Shown here: piece by piece, positions 50,701 to 59,103 of the stretch | Layout of the letters: every line of letters begins with the position of its first letter | Numbering within the stretch: the first letter of the stretch is position 1 | NCBI RefSeq assembly: GCF_016432865.1 | Contig: NC_067402.1 | Location: 104,470,001-104,534,000, forward strand | Reading direction: 5' to 3' | From: Antechinus flavipes | Taxonomy: Eukaryota | Length of the DNA stretch: 64,000 nucleotides | The notes under the pieces: generated by a model | Database searches by the model: none | What the model saw: the letters and a program-made list of their open reading frames with translations, nothing else | What the model was told of the DNA's origin: nothing | Program-made: the position numbers and the translations under genes

Positions 50701-53700
50701 AGAGAATTTGGAGCTTAAAATTTTAAAAAATCTCAGCAATAGAACACTAGAAAATTAAAGAAAAAAATGATAAGCAATATTCCAAAAAAAGGGATCCGTA
50801 AGCTATGAGATTTCAGGCAAATCCTAGTTTCTAAATCTGTAAAGTGAGGAATTCAGTCTGGTCCTGGACAGTCTGATCATGACTCTAATTCTCTATGACA
50901 AATTACCCTTTCCCACATCCAAAAGATAGAGAAAACAAGGAGCTACTGTTGAGAAAAAGATTGATGGAGGAAGGGGCAGGGAGAAAGCATTTATTAAAAT
51001 ACACCCCCCCCCCCCCCCCCCCCGTGCCAGGCCCTGGCTAAGGAGCTTATGTAATCATTTTATTGGATCCTTACATAGTCATGCTAAGATTTTGAAATTC
51101 CTCATCTGCATGCTTGCAGCAAGAATCAGTGAGAGTTGTACTGAAAACAGTTTGTGGTACAGAGTCCCATTCTGACACTTAAGTCAGCCCAGAGTCTATA
51201 AAAATGAAAGGGTACCTGTGATACTTAACACTATGTCACAAGCAGCTTGTGCTAGAAATGCCTTGAAAATTGTAAAGAGTCACAGGTGTAAACATGTAGA
51301 GCATGTAAGTGATTAGGATGCAGGGCTGGAAAGGATCTTAGAGACATTTAGAATAAACTTCCATTTATTTCAGTTAAGAAAACAGATAAAGGGAGATGAA
51401 ATAATTTGTACAAAGCCTGAAATCTAAATCATTCAAGTTCTTTGACTTTAAGTCTTTCAGATAGCGAACATGGCTTTGGTATTACCAAAACCATTAATTG
51501 CTTTTCTGGCACTCATTTGCCCATAGAGATGCTGGACTCCCATTGACTTATTTTCTTTGCCGCTTGCAGGTACTCATGAGTGCATCCTTCTTGGGAGCTT
51601 TGTGTCTGTTCTCATCAGTCTGTGTTGTGTGCGCCATTTCTGCATTCACACTTCCCATTGAGACTAAAGGACGGGCCCTACAGGTAGGTGACACTGCTAA
51701 ACCGTTTAGTACTTCACACTACCACTTATTTCCTTTGCCTTCAGATGCTCTTGCTCTAGGGAAAAAGACTAGTAAATGTTTAAAGTAATATGAATTGAAT
51801 TACAATGCGGACAGTACCCTTTAAGGGAAAGCGTTGAAGACTCGTTATTTGATATACATCTAAACACATTACACATAAATCCTAATCTGATGCCTCAACA
51901 TGGCAGAAAAGTGGGCCATGAAGCTTAGGCCAACAGAATACCAACTCTGTCAAATTTCTCCAAGCTATAAAAAAAAGTCTTGATATTTTAAATATATATC
52001 TATAAAATATCCTTATACTTCATATAAAGCTTTTTAAATTATATTTTAATCTATATAATTCCAATGCACACACTGGAGTGCACTCACCAAGATCCTACTT
52101 TTAATGCCTTATGTTGTAGAGATCCTGGTTCTTAGATGTGTCAGCAGTATAGGCTCTGGCAGCTTCTGCACCATGCTAGAAAGGCTTTTGAGTCCAAGTC
52201 CAGCCTTTGGTTGTCTGTTCTCTTGCACTTTGGAGTAACTTATTACCAGGCTGACCGAGCAGTACTTTGTAAAATTGATGACAATGTGTAAAGGGAGGTA
52301 TTTTATGGGTTTCATTTAAGGAGTTAAAATGATGTCTCATCCACATCAATGAAATCATGGCTCCTTTGTGCTATGAAACATTGAGGAACATAAAAACACA
52401 AAACTAAATCACTACCAATGTGACAATTTTTATAATTCAAATTCGGGTCCTTTGAACTCTCATGGCCATCTCCACTTAAGATGTGTTGATATACTGGCTA
52501 AATTGTCTGGGAAGGGAAGGAAAACTAGGTATTGGTGAGGATAGAACATGACAAATAAGAGAGACAATGTCATAAAAAAACCTTCTGGAATGTAGGGGAT
52601 CAGAAAGGGCTTGGTTGCTGAAAAGAGCAGCAACAAAGTTGAGAATTCCTCAAAGACCCAGAGGAATTGGTGTGGGAATCTGTCCTTTGTGCAGTTGGGA
52701 AGCGGGAGTGGCTTCCCAAGTTCTGAGGCAATGGCATGGTGGAAAAGTCAAGAATGATTTTGAGTTGACCTGAGAGAAGGTAAATCATTTAAACTCAAGA
52801 CTTAGTTTAATATTTTCATTGACCAGAGGAGAGCAATTTTGTGTGTAGCTTTAAAGCAGCAATGAATTAGAATAATCAAAGAAGTTCTGTTTGGTGTACC
52901 CTAAATAATAAAGAACAGATTTTTCCAAGCCTATCTGGCTGGATTTTTCCTCTTGTCCAACTATAAAGGTCCCTTTGTAGTTTTGTTCTTTCCTAGTCTC
53001 CCATCTTGGTAGAAATCTTACTAAGTGCTCAAGACTGATTAGAACATAGCAGTTATTTGTATTTTAAGATTTTTGTACATTTTATTGCTTCATAAGCTCA
53101 GCAATGATTCCTAAACATTCTCATCTCATTGAAAAAATGTTTTCCTTCTAACACTGGACTCAACTTCTCTTGTTTTTAATTTGGCCCCCCTTATTTTCTG
53201 GTTACTCTTCTTTGAGGGTTCCCACCCTCCATTTTTGGGGAACAATAAAAGGCAGATGATTTCATTAGTGTTGCTGGAAATGTGAAAATCCACTCCACTA
53301 ATTCAGAGAGGCAATTTGTCTATAATTTACTGTCTTAAAAAGAGAATTCATCTATGGTCAGATTCCAAAATTAGCCTTATTAGGCCACAATCGTTCACTT
53401 AGGTTCTTGGAGCACTGAAATTCAATTTGAAAGTGATAAATCCTCCATTTATTGGCTCCATCTGAGAAATTATTTGTAAAATCAGTAGCTTTTCTGCTTC
53501 CTTTAAATGAGTACGTGGGTCAGTGCTACAAAATGGGGGGAAAAATTTAAGTAGTGTAAAAAACAGGACTCATCCTGGGGCATCTTTCTCAAGAGAATAT
53601 ATGTGACCTAAGGAATATGTTAGAACTCAAAATACTATTTTAATCAACAAAGACAGGTTGTCTTTATCTCTTCTTTGTTCATGCAGCTTTGCGGGAGAGT

Positions 53701-56700
53701 TTGTGATTGTACATTCCACATATGGCCTAGAGGAAAAATAAACCTCTTATTATTAGTTACCAAATCTAACACATTTGGAGATAAAATAAAAGCATTCCTC
53801 CTTAATTTTCTTTTAATATTTTCAACAAAGGATCATCCAGTTTTCTTAAAACTCTTCAGTGTTAGGTAATTAATTAAATCTTGAAGTACACTATTTCACT
53901 TTGGGATAGACTATAAGATCTTCAGCAAAAATCTGCTCAATTTTCACCCACTATTCTCACAATTCTGCTATGTAGGGCCAATAAAACAAAGGTGATTTTT
54001 GTTCCTACATACAGACCTTCTGTTACTTTGACGTAGTTATCAAGTCTCCCATCTGCTACAGATTAAAGTTCAAACTGATCCCCACATGGAATGGCTTTGA
54101 GTGCATTCTCTATCCTGAATATGCTTTTTGAAGGTACTCTAGGTTCATAGGTATCTTTTAGAGTATTATGGTACTTATCTCCCTTGCTTTTAGTACTATA
54201 CTTTTAAAATGACTGTCTTAAATTCCATTAGCTTTTTTGGAACGTCAATACAGAATTTAGTTCACATTCTCCAATTTAAAAAACAACAACAAAAATCCTA
54301 AACATTACATTTTCCCAGTAAAATGCCTACTATTTTATTAGTTGGCCCACCCTCCAATTCTGTTGAGATTTATCTTTTCAGTTCCAAATTCTCTCCCTCC
54401 TACTTCCATACACCATACTCATCAAGAAGCGCATTACAGATATGAATAGTTAAGTAAAATAATGTATTTATCAATGACCTTTCTAGGCTTTTTTCTTTAA
54501 AATATTGTTATTGTATAAATTATTCTCCCTCTGCTTGCTTTACTTTGTAACGGCTCACAGAAATCTTACCATACTTCTTTTGATTATTTCTTATAACACA
54601 ATAAAATTCCACTAATATTTACACAGCACAACTTGTTCAGTTATTCCCCAATTAGGAGGCATTCCCTTAGTTTCAAAATCTTTGCCATAATGCAGATGCA
54701 CTTTATTTTCATACATATAGGTCTTTTTTGTTGAATGTCTTTGGCGTAGAGACCAAACATAGTAACAGTATTGCTAGGTCAAAGGGTATACACAATTTAA
54801 TGGGTTTACAGGAACATTTCCAAACTACTTTTCAGAATGGTCAGGGCCAATCTATAATGTTAACATTGCATTCATGTACCTATCTTCCCACAGGCTCTCT
54901 AGTGTATCATTTTCTTTTTGTCAATTCTGACAATCTGATAGGTGTGTAAAGTGGCATTTTAGTGTTGGCTTAAATTTCTCCAATTTACTGGTAATTAATG
55001 AATTATTAGTGATGCACATCTTTTCCTCTTTGGCCCCCATTTTAATAGCTTATATTTCTTTCTCTGAAAACTGCCAGCTCAGACATATCCTTTGTCCGTT
55101 TTATAAAGTGGAGAATGGCTTATTTTAATTTGACTCATTTTCTAACTATCTCATAAATGAGATTTTTATCAGTAAATTGCTATAAAGAGTATTCTTATTT
55201 CCTGTTTTTCCTTCTACTTTTGGCTGCATTGGTATTGTTTGTGCAAAAACAATTTTATGTAATGAAAATTGTCCATTGCTTGTTTTGACCCTTCCTGGCA
55301 CACATGATGATACTTTTCTTTGATTTGATTCAGTTTATGGATCTTTCTGTACACTTCTCTATTTATCACATTATTTTTTATAGTACATTAATATTCCAAT
55401 ATATTCATATACAATTTGTTTAGCCATTCCCTAGAAAGATTTCAAACTCAGTCCCTTAGCCAGAGTCCACAAGTATTTATTAAATACTTACTATACACAG
55501 GGGCATGATACCCATTCTAATACAGAAAAAAAACACGTAAAGAACTATATACACCCAAGATATACACAAAATACATCAAGGGGGCAAATGCAAGACAATG
55601 TTAAAGAGAAAGCCAAAAGAAAACTTCTTTCCCTTGGAATTCATACCTCTCATCTATATTTACCTATTTCTGTCAAGGACACAACATCTTCCTGTCACAT
55701 AAGTTAACACCCTCTACCATCATTCAGTGAGGGCCCAGACTTTGTTGATTTTACCTTCACATCTCTTAACATCATCATCCCTGTAGCCAACATGACCAAG
55801 TTCAGCAATGATCCTGCCGCCTCATCTTTCCTTCCCCCAAACCATTCTCTATATATTTTCAATTAAGTGAAGGGAGTCAGAAAAGGATTGAGAAAAGGAA
55901 ATGGAAACAATGAATTCAGGCCACTTTTTTCTAGGAGTTTGGCTGAGATTTAAATAAATAAGAAGGGAAGGCTTGAAAGAAGCAAAGGAATATATTTAGG
56001 CACCAAAGAACCAGAAGGTAGAGATTTAAACCTGAGAGGTGATTGTGAGAGGCTATGGGTTGAAAGAGGTGGTCAAAAGTACAAAATGAGGGGCTAACTT
56101 TGGAAGTAGTAAATGGAGGAGGATAATATCAAAGCATTTTTTAGGGGATATCTTAAAGGTTCTCTATTTTATTTTCCCAGGTAGCAAGGTGAGGTTCTGA
56201 GTTAAGAAGGAAGAGGAAATGTTATGGAAGGTTTAAGATAGAAACAGATTTGAACGACCTCTGTAAGGAGTAAGACTTAGGATCAAATACCAGGACGAGT
56301 AGCCTTGCTACAGAAAAGGCACATTGAGGTTAACAAACTTGTAGTAGTCCCAGTCAACTTGTTTGTATAATTTGTTTCTAGTTCCACTAAGCAACACCTG
56401 AGATGAGCAGGAGAGGTGGTAGAAATAATTCAAGATTGGATTTCAGTGTCAGACAGCAAAGATATTTCAGAGATGACAGGGTCTATAAAACTATTTGATT
56501 AAGAAATGAGATTAGGAGACTACAGTGGATGGAGGTTCTAATGAGGATAAATAGGTGTAGGACGGATTAGATATTGAGGGACAAGAGCAGGTTGTAATCT
56601 CTTAAAATTATTTCAGCATGTGGTACCCGTTAAAGTAGAATTCTTTGAAATGTAGTTTTGTCTTTGTATCCTTAAGCACCTCTTTCTGCATGGTACTTTC

Positions 56701-58911
56701 AAAATCCTCACTGAATTCCACAATGCACTTGACGGTTCTCACACTAGCCTCATGGATAAAACGTTAACTACATGAGATGAAACTGAATGACAGGACCTAG
56801 TCTTTTAAGGAGAGTGCAGATTTCAGCATAGAGATATCCTTTAGAAAAAGCCTTCTAAATGTATTCTTGGTGCTGCTCAATGTTAGCATTTTTATCAATA
56901 ATTTGGATGAAGGCGTGAATGTCCATCTTATCCCATTTGCAGATGTCTCCAAAGATGAAAGGTAGGAGAAAAGATCTTAGCGCGTCAGAATATTTGGCTA
57001 ATAAAATTCAATGAAGTTGTAAAAATCACTTTAAAAAAATCAACTTCCAAAGATGAGATTTGAAGAAGTACCTAGACAGAAATTCATCTGAAGATGTTTT
57101 GGGCAAGAAGGCAGCAGAAGGTTATCAGAGTACTTAGGCTGGTGTCAAACTCAAATGGAAACAGTGTCATTCAACCATACATAAAGATATCTGCAGGCTA
57201 CATGTTAACTTAGTTTAAAATGTGTTATTTTGTAGGTTTTAGTGTATTTTAATGTGATTTGGGCAATACATGATGCTGCAGAATGTATGCCTCTCTTTGT
57301 CTTAGTCTGTATCAACAGAAGCATAAAATTGGCTAGAGGATAAAAACACAGGATTGCCACTGTATCTGTTCATTTAATTTTATAGCACAAACAGCACCTT
57401 ATGCTGAAGCATAAAACAAGGTGTGCTTAGCCAAAGTAATTTGAGATTTTGATGGAAGAAATCCAGAACCAGAAGTTGAATCTTGAGGTTCTTGCTGGAA
57501 AAGCAAGCAACTATTCTTCTTTTATAGGCTAAGGTCCAAGAGATGGACCTGTTTGGGGCTGTTATTTTGATGACTGACACGCATAATCACTCAATAGATT
57601 TAACTGTCCAAAAGGGAAAAAGCATAAGGTAAAGAAGGTCTTTTATCCAAATTACCTTACATAGGCAGAATTAGTCCTTGACTTGGTACATAAAGGGAAA
57701 AAATTAGTTATTTTATGAAAGCTTTGTTGATTACATGATGGACAACTAATCTATCCATCAATATGAATCATGGATATTGTAGATGGATGATTTGGAAGCA
57801 GGAATGAACAAGAGATAATTAATTGGATGGCCTTTGGAAGACAACAAAGGTCTTTCAATGACCTTAAACTTCCTCTTGAAAAAGCAAGGGCTCCTCTTTC
57901 CGACATTAATAAACTCCTAGTGATGGTTTAAGGCTGTGAGTAATGGAAATTCTTGCCCAAAAAGACAAGGAGAACCACAAGGGGGGGGCGCATGAACAGT
58001 CTGGAAAATATTACTAACACAGATTGTGCAGAAGTGCTATGAATAATGTCAACCACAAAATGATCCAGAGAGACAGGCCAGTTACATAGCAGAGTTAACC
58101 AGTAGACAGTCTATATTTCTCTCTGGCAGCCTCCACAAAGATTCCCAGTATATGAGGTATATGAACTGAAATAAATTTGAGAGGTCACATACAACAAATG
58201 CAGAGGGCAAGATGACGGCCAATAATCTGCAACCTCAGAGAGAATATCCATATGAAATAATCTATTGGAATAGTGGATTTTCCAGAACAAGAAAGGTGAC
58301 TGTCTTTGCTTTGAGAGTTTATATGGAGCATTGCATTCACTTCTGGGTGCCACAAGAAAAACAGAATGTTTAAAATGGGATAATGAGATGAAAAGTCTTG
58401 AGATCACACCACAGGAGATTTGGTTGAAGCACCTGAGAATGTTTATAGACTGCTTATTTAAGGTCCATCCCAACTCTAATATTCTGGAACTCTCCACACA
58501 GGTACTGTACTTCCTGGAAAATAGAGCAAGATCACTTGTAAGATAGGATCATCCATTCCTTTAAATTAGGAATATAAATAGTATTTGTACCATTTCAAGA
58601 TACGTATGTTACTGACTTGTCTGAGTCCAAATACAACTTCAGAATTACATGGAATCACACTTTCTTGAGTGTTTCCATTAAATTGGGATTTTTTCCCATC
58701 TACTTAGGAATTAGACCAAGATTTCTTCCTCTTCTGTTAGTATAAGAACAACTAACTTTAGAGATCATATTGCATCATAACATATGCTCTCATTAGTATC
58801 TTAAATACATGTACAGAAAGAATATATCACGATGGTGGGTAAATTAAAGTGATAATTGTCATATTCTGATTTATTCAATTTATCTTTTTTTTTTAACAGC
58901 AGACAAAATGA
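713..58911 (+). CDS. SVOPL: SVOP-like MFS transporter, spliced and 5'-partial: 12 coding exons, 1203 nt, 400 aa plus stop
   Basis: join(713..784,8573..8697,9839..9902,14776..14901,18394..18522,24977..25050,29350..29552,32471..32582,36094..36175,38801..38890,51570..51683,58900..58911) gives one open frame with GT-AG at every junction. It contains the MFS motifs GLLADRYGR, PESARF, NFLGRR, TAEVYPTPMRALG and LPIETKG, and matches human SVOPL as I recall it (MVFFGYMVFS...ETKGRALQQIK). Confidence 0.96.
860..1350 (+). mobile_element. L1 3' end fragment interrupted by a CORE-SINE
   Basis: Typical marsupial L1 3' UTR (ggactgaatatggatcacaac..., polypurine tract, gttattgaaaactatctctgcatgtatt). Confidence 0.7.
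1045..1180 (+). mobile_element. CORE-SINE (WSINE1/MAR1-like)
   Basis: tRNA-like head ggacagctaggaggtgcagtagaaagagcac plus core cctcagacacttaacacttacaagctgtgtggctttgggcaagtcac. Confidence 0.85.
1350..3417 (-). mobile_element. Stacked antisense L1 3' fragments (at least three)
   Basis: Repeated T-rich tail then ccaaattttctctccc pattern at about 1360, 2160 and 2700, each followed by L1 3'/ORF2 C-terminal sequence in reverse. Confidence 0.75.
4158..4308 (-). mobile_element. CORE-SINE (WSINE1-like) with poly(A) tail
   Basis: T14 followed by gaggcagttggggttaagtgac...ctgcatcacctagctgccc. Flanked by an imperfect duplication ctctgat(aat)ggttcttttta. Confidence 0.9.
8573..8697 (+). CDS. SVOPL: SVOPL coding exon B: ILLISFLWGAYFSLLTSFSPSYIWFVFLRTMVGCGVSGHAQ(G)
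   Basis: Acceptor ttttgccttcag|ATT, donor AGG|gtaaat; 125 nt, phase 0-2; lies within ORF 8504..8701. Confidence 0.96.
9040..9300. mobile_element. Probable hAT-type DNA transposon remnant
   Basis: agggcttgatttattgttttattgatt...gttgttaaatatctaccatcacac resembles a common mammalian MER-type element; exact family not assigned. Confidence 0.45.
9839..9902 (+). CDS. SVOPL: SVOPL coding exon C: (G)LIIKTEFLPTKYRGYMLPLSQ
   Basis: Acceptor ttctctttttag|A, donor CAG|gtaagg; 64 nt, phase 2-0; contains the EFLPTKYRG motif. Confidence 0.96.
11165..11400 (+). mobile_element. MIR, near full length
   Basis: Head ggaggtacagtggagagc, core tctttatgtgtaaaatggggacaatagtag and tail gataaatgtaaagcacttagaatag. Confidence 0.85.
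12365..12511 (+). mobile_element. 5'-truncated L1 3' end with 10-bp TSD
   Basis: TSD agaaatgact at 12355-12364 and 12512-12521; A-rich tail. Confidence 0.9.
12544..13312 (+). mobile_element. 5'-truncated L1 with ORF2 C-terminus and 3' UTR
   Basis: ORF 12700..12912 (CPSVGEWLNKLWYINVMGYY...AWKDLYEVMQSE) is L1 ORF2p C-terminal sequence. Imperfect TSD aaaatt(g/c)t. Confidence 0.9.
13650..13806. repeat. 77-bp tandem duplication, two copies, 4 mismatches
   Basis: 13650-13726 aligns to 13727-13803 with four transitions and no indels. Confidence 0.95.
14165..14471 (-). mobile_element. 5'-truncated L1 3' end with 14-bp TSD, inserted into a MIR-like sequence
   Basis: TSD tggatgaggaaatt at 14151-14164 and 14472-14485. 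Confidence 0.92.
14776..14901 (+). CDS. SVOPL: SVOPL coding exon D: VFWLAGSLLIIGLASVVNPTIGWRWLIRIASIPGIILILAFK
   Basis: Acceptor tttttcatcaattag|GTT, donor AAG|gtgaga; 126 nt, phase 0-0; contains the GWRW motif. Confidence 0.96.
15330..16430 (+). mobile_element. L2 (LINE2) remnant
   Basis: Purine-rich degraded L2 3' sequence, for example ccactgggcttgacaattaagagatcattggtaactttggggag. Confidence 0.7.
16445..16805 (+). mobile_element. Older L1 3' end
   Basis: tgatctaagacaatcccaaaggactaatgatgaaa...gaatttgaaactcaaaac...aataaaatg. Confidence 0.75.
16872..16906. repeat. Poly-T run (35 nt)
   Basis: Direct reading. Confidence 0.95.
17680..18180 (-). mobile_element. CR1/L3 remnant
   Basis: cccaaatttgaacttgcactccagatgtg...gactatcatttccc is reverse L3-like sequence. 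Confidence 0.6.
18394..18522 (+). CDS. SVOPL: SVOPL coding exon E: FIPESARFNVSTGNTQAAVATLERIARINRSVMPEGKLVESAS
   Basis: Acceptor tgtctatcgacag|TTC, donor TCG|gtatgc; 129 nt, phase 0-0; contains the PESARF motif. Confidence 0.95.
18762..18789. repeat. (GT)14 microsatellite
   Basis: Direct reading. Confidence 0.95.
18968..19347 (+). mobile_element. Young L1 3' end (dasyurid-type) with 17-bp TSD
   Basis: TSD agaaaaata(c/t)atactca at 18951-18967 and 19348-19364; tail gtcaataaaaagttataataaaaaaaaa. Confidence 0.9.
19370..19700 (+). mobile_element. L1 3' end fragment
   Basis: ctatgagaactgaatgtggatcacaac...gtaaatgttgaaaactatctttgcatgc. Confidence 0.8.
19765..19985 (+). mobile_element. MAR1-type CORE-SINE
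   Basis: Core plus RTE-like tail (ggagagaaagatatgacaaaccactccaatatctctgcc). Confidence 0.8.
20380..21670 (-). mobile_element. L1 5' region (5' UTR and ORF1 N-terminal remnant), antisense
   Basis: Minus ORF 20776..20973 (IEERLGKEIKVMQENYKKRINNLVK...EENNTFKNR) is ORF1p coiled-coil-like. Confidence 0.8.
21995..22140. mobile_element. Short hAT-type MITE; other copies at about 28285-28450 and, inverted, 57135-57270
   Basis: Shared core atatatggttttctaa...gcaggga(t/c)(t/c)cttatgtatggtt in all three copies; ggtgtcaaac/tttgacatc TIR-like ends. Confidence 0.6.
22750..23100 (-). mobile_element. L1 3' end fragment, antisense
   Basis: tttctattttttcatatatgtgcaaagatag...gtgtttcaaatttttctccc. Confidence 0.8.
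23259..23362. repeat. Perfect 51-bp tandem duplication
   Basis: ctgagacaatcaaagaccaattttaccagattcataatgtaatccttgtgt at 23260-23310 and 23311-23361. Confidence 0.97.
24977..25050 (+). CDS. SVOPL: SVOPL coding exon F: EKRGRFADLLDGKYLRTTLQIWII(W)
   Basis: Acceptor tcttccattgtgtcag|GAA, donor ATG|gtaaaa; 74 nt, phase 0-2. Not in the ORF track. Confidence 0.95.
25086..25554 (-). mobile_element. Possible solo LTR
   Basis: TGT...ACA termini, near-matching 4-bp flanks (gtgt/gtgc) and a minus-strand AATAAA near the left end (25119-25124). Family not recognised. Confidence 0.35.
26930..28150 (+). mobile_element. L2 remnant spanning the assembly gap
   Basis: ggcttccaggcctagggaacagccagtggaaaggc...ggaggtcagtgtcactagatc and gggagctgatgagatgacc after the gap. 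Confidence 0.7.
27958..28092. other. Assembly gap (135 N)
   Basis: Run of N. Confidence 0.99.
29350..29552 (+). CDS. SVOPL: SVOPL coding exon G: (W)LGISFAYYGVILASAELLERDLVCGSQTETQMVLNGDSEESKSPCHCHLFAPSDYKTMIISTLGEIA(L)
   Basis: Acceptor ctgctttttcag|G, donor CTC|gtaagg; 203 nt, phase 2-1; contains the FAYYG motif. Confidence 0.96.
30190..30490. repeat. About 300-bp CT-rich (polypyrimidine) low-complexity tract
   Basis: Almost entirely C/T on the + strand. Confidence 0.95.
30557..30589. repeat. (TAC)n microsatellite, one interruption
   Basis: Direct reading. Confidence 0.95.
32471..32582 (+). CDS. SVOPL: SVOPL coding exon H: (L)NPLNILGINFLGRRISLSITMGCTALFFLLLNICTS(S)
   Basis: Acceptor atttctctcttctag|TA, donor AAG|gtatct; 112 nt, phase 1-2; contains the second MFS motif A copy (NFLGRR). 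Confidence 0.96.
32810..33400 (-). mobile_element. L1 3' end, antisense
   Basis: ttttatttacttaatattttctccagttac...ctgctcatcatttcccatgaacaataacatttc. Confidence 0.75.
33665..33815 (+). mobile_element. CORE-SINE (WSINE1-like) inserted into an L2 remnant (about 33420-34060)
   Basis: ggggagcagctagatggc...ctagctgtgtgaccctgggcaagtcacttaaccccaattgcctc plus A-rich tail; L2 sequence continues on both sides. Confidence 0.9.
34855..35790 (+). mobile_element. L1 ORF2 C-terminus/3' UTR remnant carrying a younger nested L1
   Basis: ctgtgcataccctttgatccagcag...ggatgcccatcagttggagaatg. Confidence 0.85.
35514..35733 (+). mobile_element. Young L1 3' end with perfect 17-bp TSD
   Basis: TSD gaaaataaatgttgaaa at 35497-35513 and 35734-35750; same subfamily as 18968-19347. 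Confidence 0.93.
36094..36175 (+). CDS. SVOPL: SVOPL coding exon I: (S)TGLIGFLFMLRALVSANFNTIYIYTAE
   Basis: Acceptor ctctcttttctag|T, donor GAG|gttggt; 82 nt, phase 2-0. Not in the ORF track. Confidence 0.95.
36620..36780 (+). mobile_element. hAT/Charlie (MER-type) remnant
   Basis: tgtgtgccataggttcctttggcagactggtgaaatctgatggac...aaaggaaacaaattatg; same family as 210-400. Confidence 0.6.
36795..36925 (+). mobile_element. CORE-SINE
   Basis: ggggaagctagggggcacagtggagagagcatcagccctggagtc...gaccctggggcaattcccttaac. Confidence 0.85.
37599..37713. repeat. About 57-bp tandem duplication
   Basis: ttatg(g)Tn-ctttgtggttataaaatg(c/t)ctggaaattttatgtctttaaaa occurs twice. Confidence 0.92.
38801..38890 (+). 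CDS. SVOPL: SVOPL coding exon J: VYPTPMRALGMGTSGSLCRIGAMVAPFISQ
   Basis: Acceptor cttctctcctgctgcag|GTC, donor CAG|gtgaga; 90 nt, phase 0-0; fits the SLC22-type E-x-YPT-x-x-R motif. Confidence 0.96.
40555..40695. repeat. Extremely AT-rich low-complexity tract
   Basis: About 140 bp of irregular TA/TAA/TTA units. Confidence 0.9.
40695..40920 (-). mobile_element. MAR1-type CORE-SINE, antisense
   Basis: ttttcttggcagatactggagtggtttgccatttccttc...gaggctggatttgagcttggg. Confidence 0.85.
42113..43110 (+). mobile_element. L1 5' end (5' UTR and deleted ORF1 remnant), sense to SVOPL
   Basis: Starts with agatggtggagtaggtcagaaaatcc (L1 5' terminus-like). 42930-42990 reads TDLENRSRENVRIIGLL, matching the ORF1p DLENRSRRxNxRIxG motif. 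Confidence 0.8.
45410..45735. mobile_element. Tail-to-tail pair: MAR1 (+, about 45410-45595) and MIR (-, about 45595-45735)
   Basis: Two CORE-SINE cores in opposite orientation, directly adjacent. Confidence 0.8.
46212..47264. mobile_element. Possible solo LTR, about 1.05 kb
   Basis: Begins TGTAATTGG and ends CCAAATTACA (imperfect terminal inverted repeat with TG...CA). Interior is not LINE/SINE-like. No clean TSD. Confidence 0.45.
47701..47743. repeat. (AC)21 microsatellite
   Basis: Direct reading. Confidence 0.95.
48540..50450 (-). mobile_element. L1 5' portion (5' UTR and ORF1 remnant), antisense
   Basis: gtgactggattcttctaatttctatcttgccctctggttct and gtttgaatgtcaagctttgtgttcagttctg are reverse ORF1 sequence; the GC-richer block 49900-50450 is read as the 5' UTR. 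Confidence 0.65.
51004..51023. repeat. Poly-C run (20 nt)
   Basis: Direct reading. Confidence 0.9.
51570..51683 (+). CDS. SVOPL: SVOPL coding exon K: VLMSASFLGALCLFSSVCVVCAISAFTLPIETKGRALQ
   Basis: Acceptor ttttctttgccgcttgcag|GTA, donor CAG|gtaggt; 114 nt, phase 0-0; contains the LPxETKG motif. Confidence 0.96.
54360..55330 (-). mobile_element. Older L1 3'/ORF2 remnant, antisense
   Basis: ttttcagttccaaattctctccctcc...tggctgcattggtattgtttgtgcaaaaac. Confidence 0.75.
56850..58480 (+). mobile_element. CR1/L3 remnant, split by a hAT MITE and an RTE insertion
   Basis: L3-like blocks ttggatgaaggc..., caacagaagcat | tccagaacaagaaaggtgactgtc and gagcattgcattcacttctgggtgccac. Confidence 0.6.
57330..58270 (+). 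mobile_element. RTE non-LTR retrotransposon, 3' part of the RT ORF (degraded)
   Basis: Eroded GIKQG..SPK (57405-57440), FADD region (about 57550), W-x-AFGK..FND..L and L-P-VM-x-YGCE (57825-57945), followed by an RTE-type 3' tail. Confidence 0.7.
58900..58911 (+). CDS. SVOPL: SVOPL terminal coding exon L: QTK*
   Basis: Acceptor tatctttttttttttaacag|CAG ACA AAA TGA. This matches the tiny human last exon (QIK*) as I recall it, and a 3' UTR-like sequence follows. Confidence 0.85.
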   Translation, partial: QTK

Positions 58912-59097
58912 AGACGTGCAAATGAAGAAATATTTTTTATTTTTCATAAACATGTTCCTGAGGTAGTTTTATTTTACCCTCTCCCTATTTCAATTTATCT
59001 TGAATTCATTTCTGATTAATACTGTGTCACTAAGGAACAATTTTTTTATGGATTTGAAAGGTAGCTCACCCTCCTAGGAGTTTTCTTCCAAAGATTT

Positions 59098-59103
59098 AAT
59101 AAA
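59098..59103 (+). terminator. Candidate SVOPL polyadenylation signal (AATAAA)
   Basis: First canonical AATAAA downstream of the stop codon (about 190 nt). Usage cannot be shown from sequence. Confidence 0.45.

Noticed and set aside
51684-51788. Read-through of exon K giving an alternative 34-aa C-terminus
   Set aside because: The donor CAG|gtaggt is strong, no canonical AATAAA follows closely, and a proper terminal exon exists at 58900.
58111-58497. 128-aa minus-strand ORF
   Set aside because: It is antisense to RTE and L3 remnants, with no recognisable protein.
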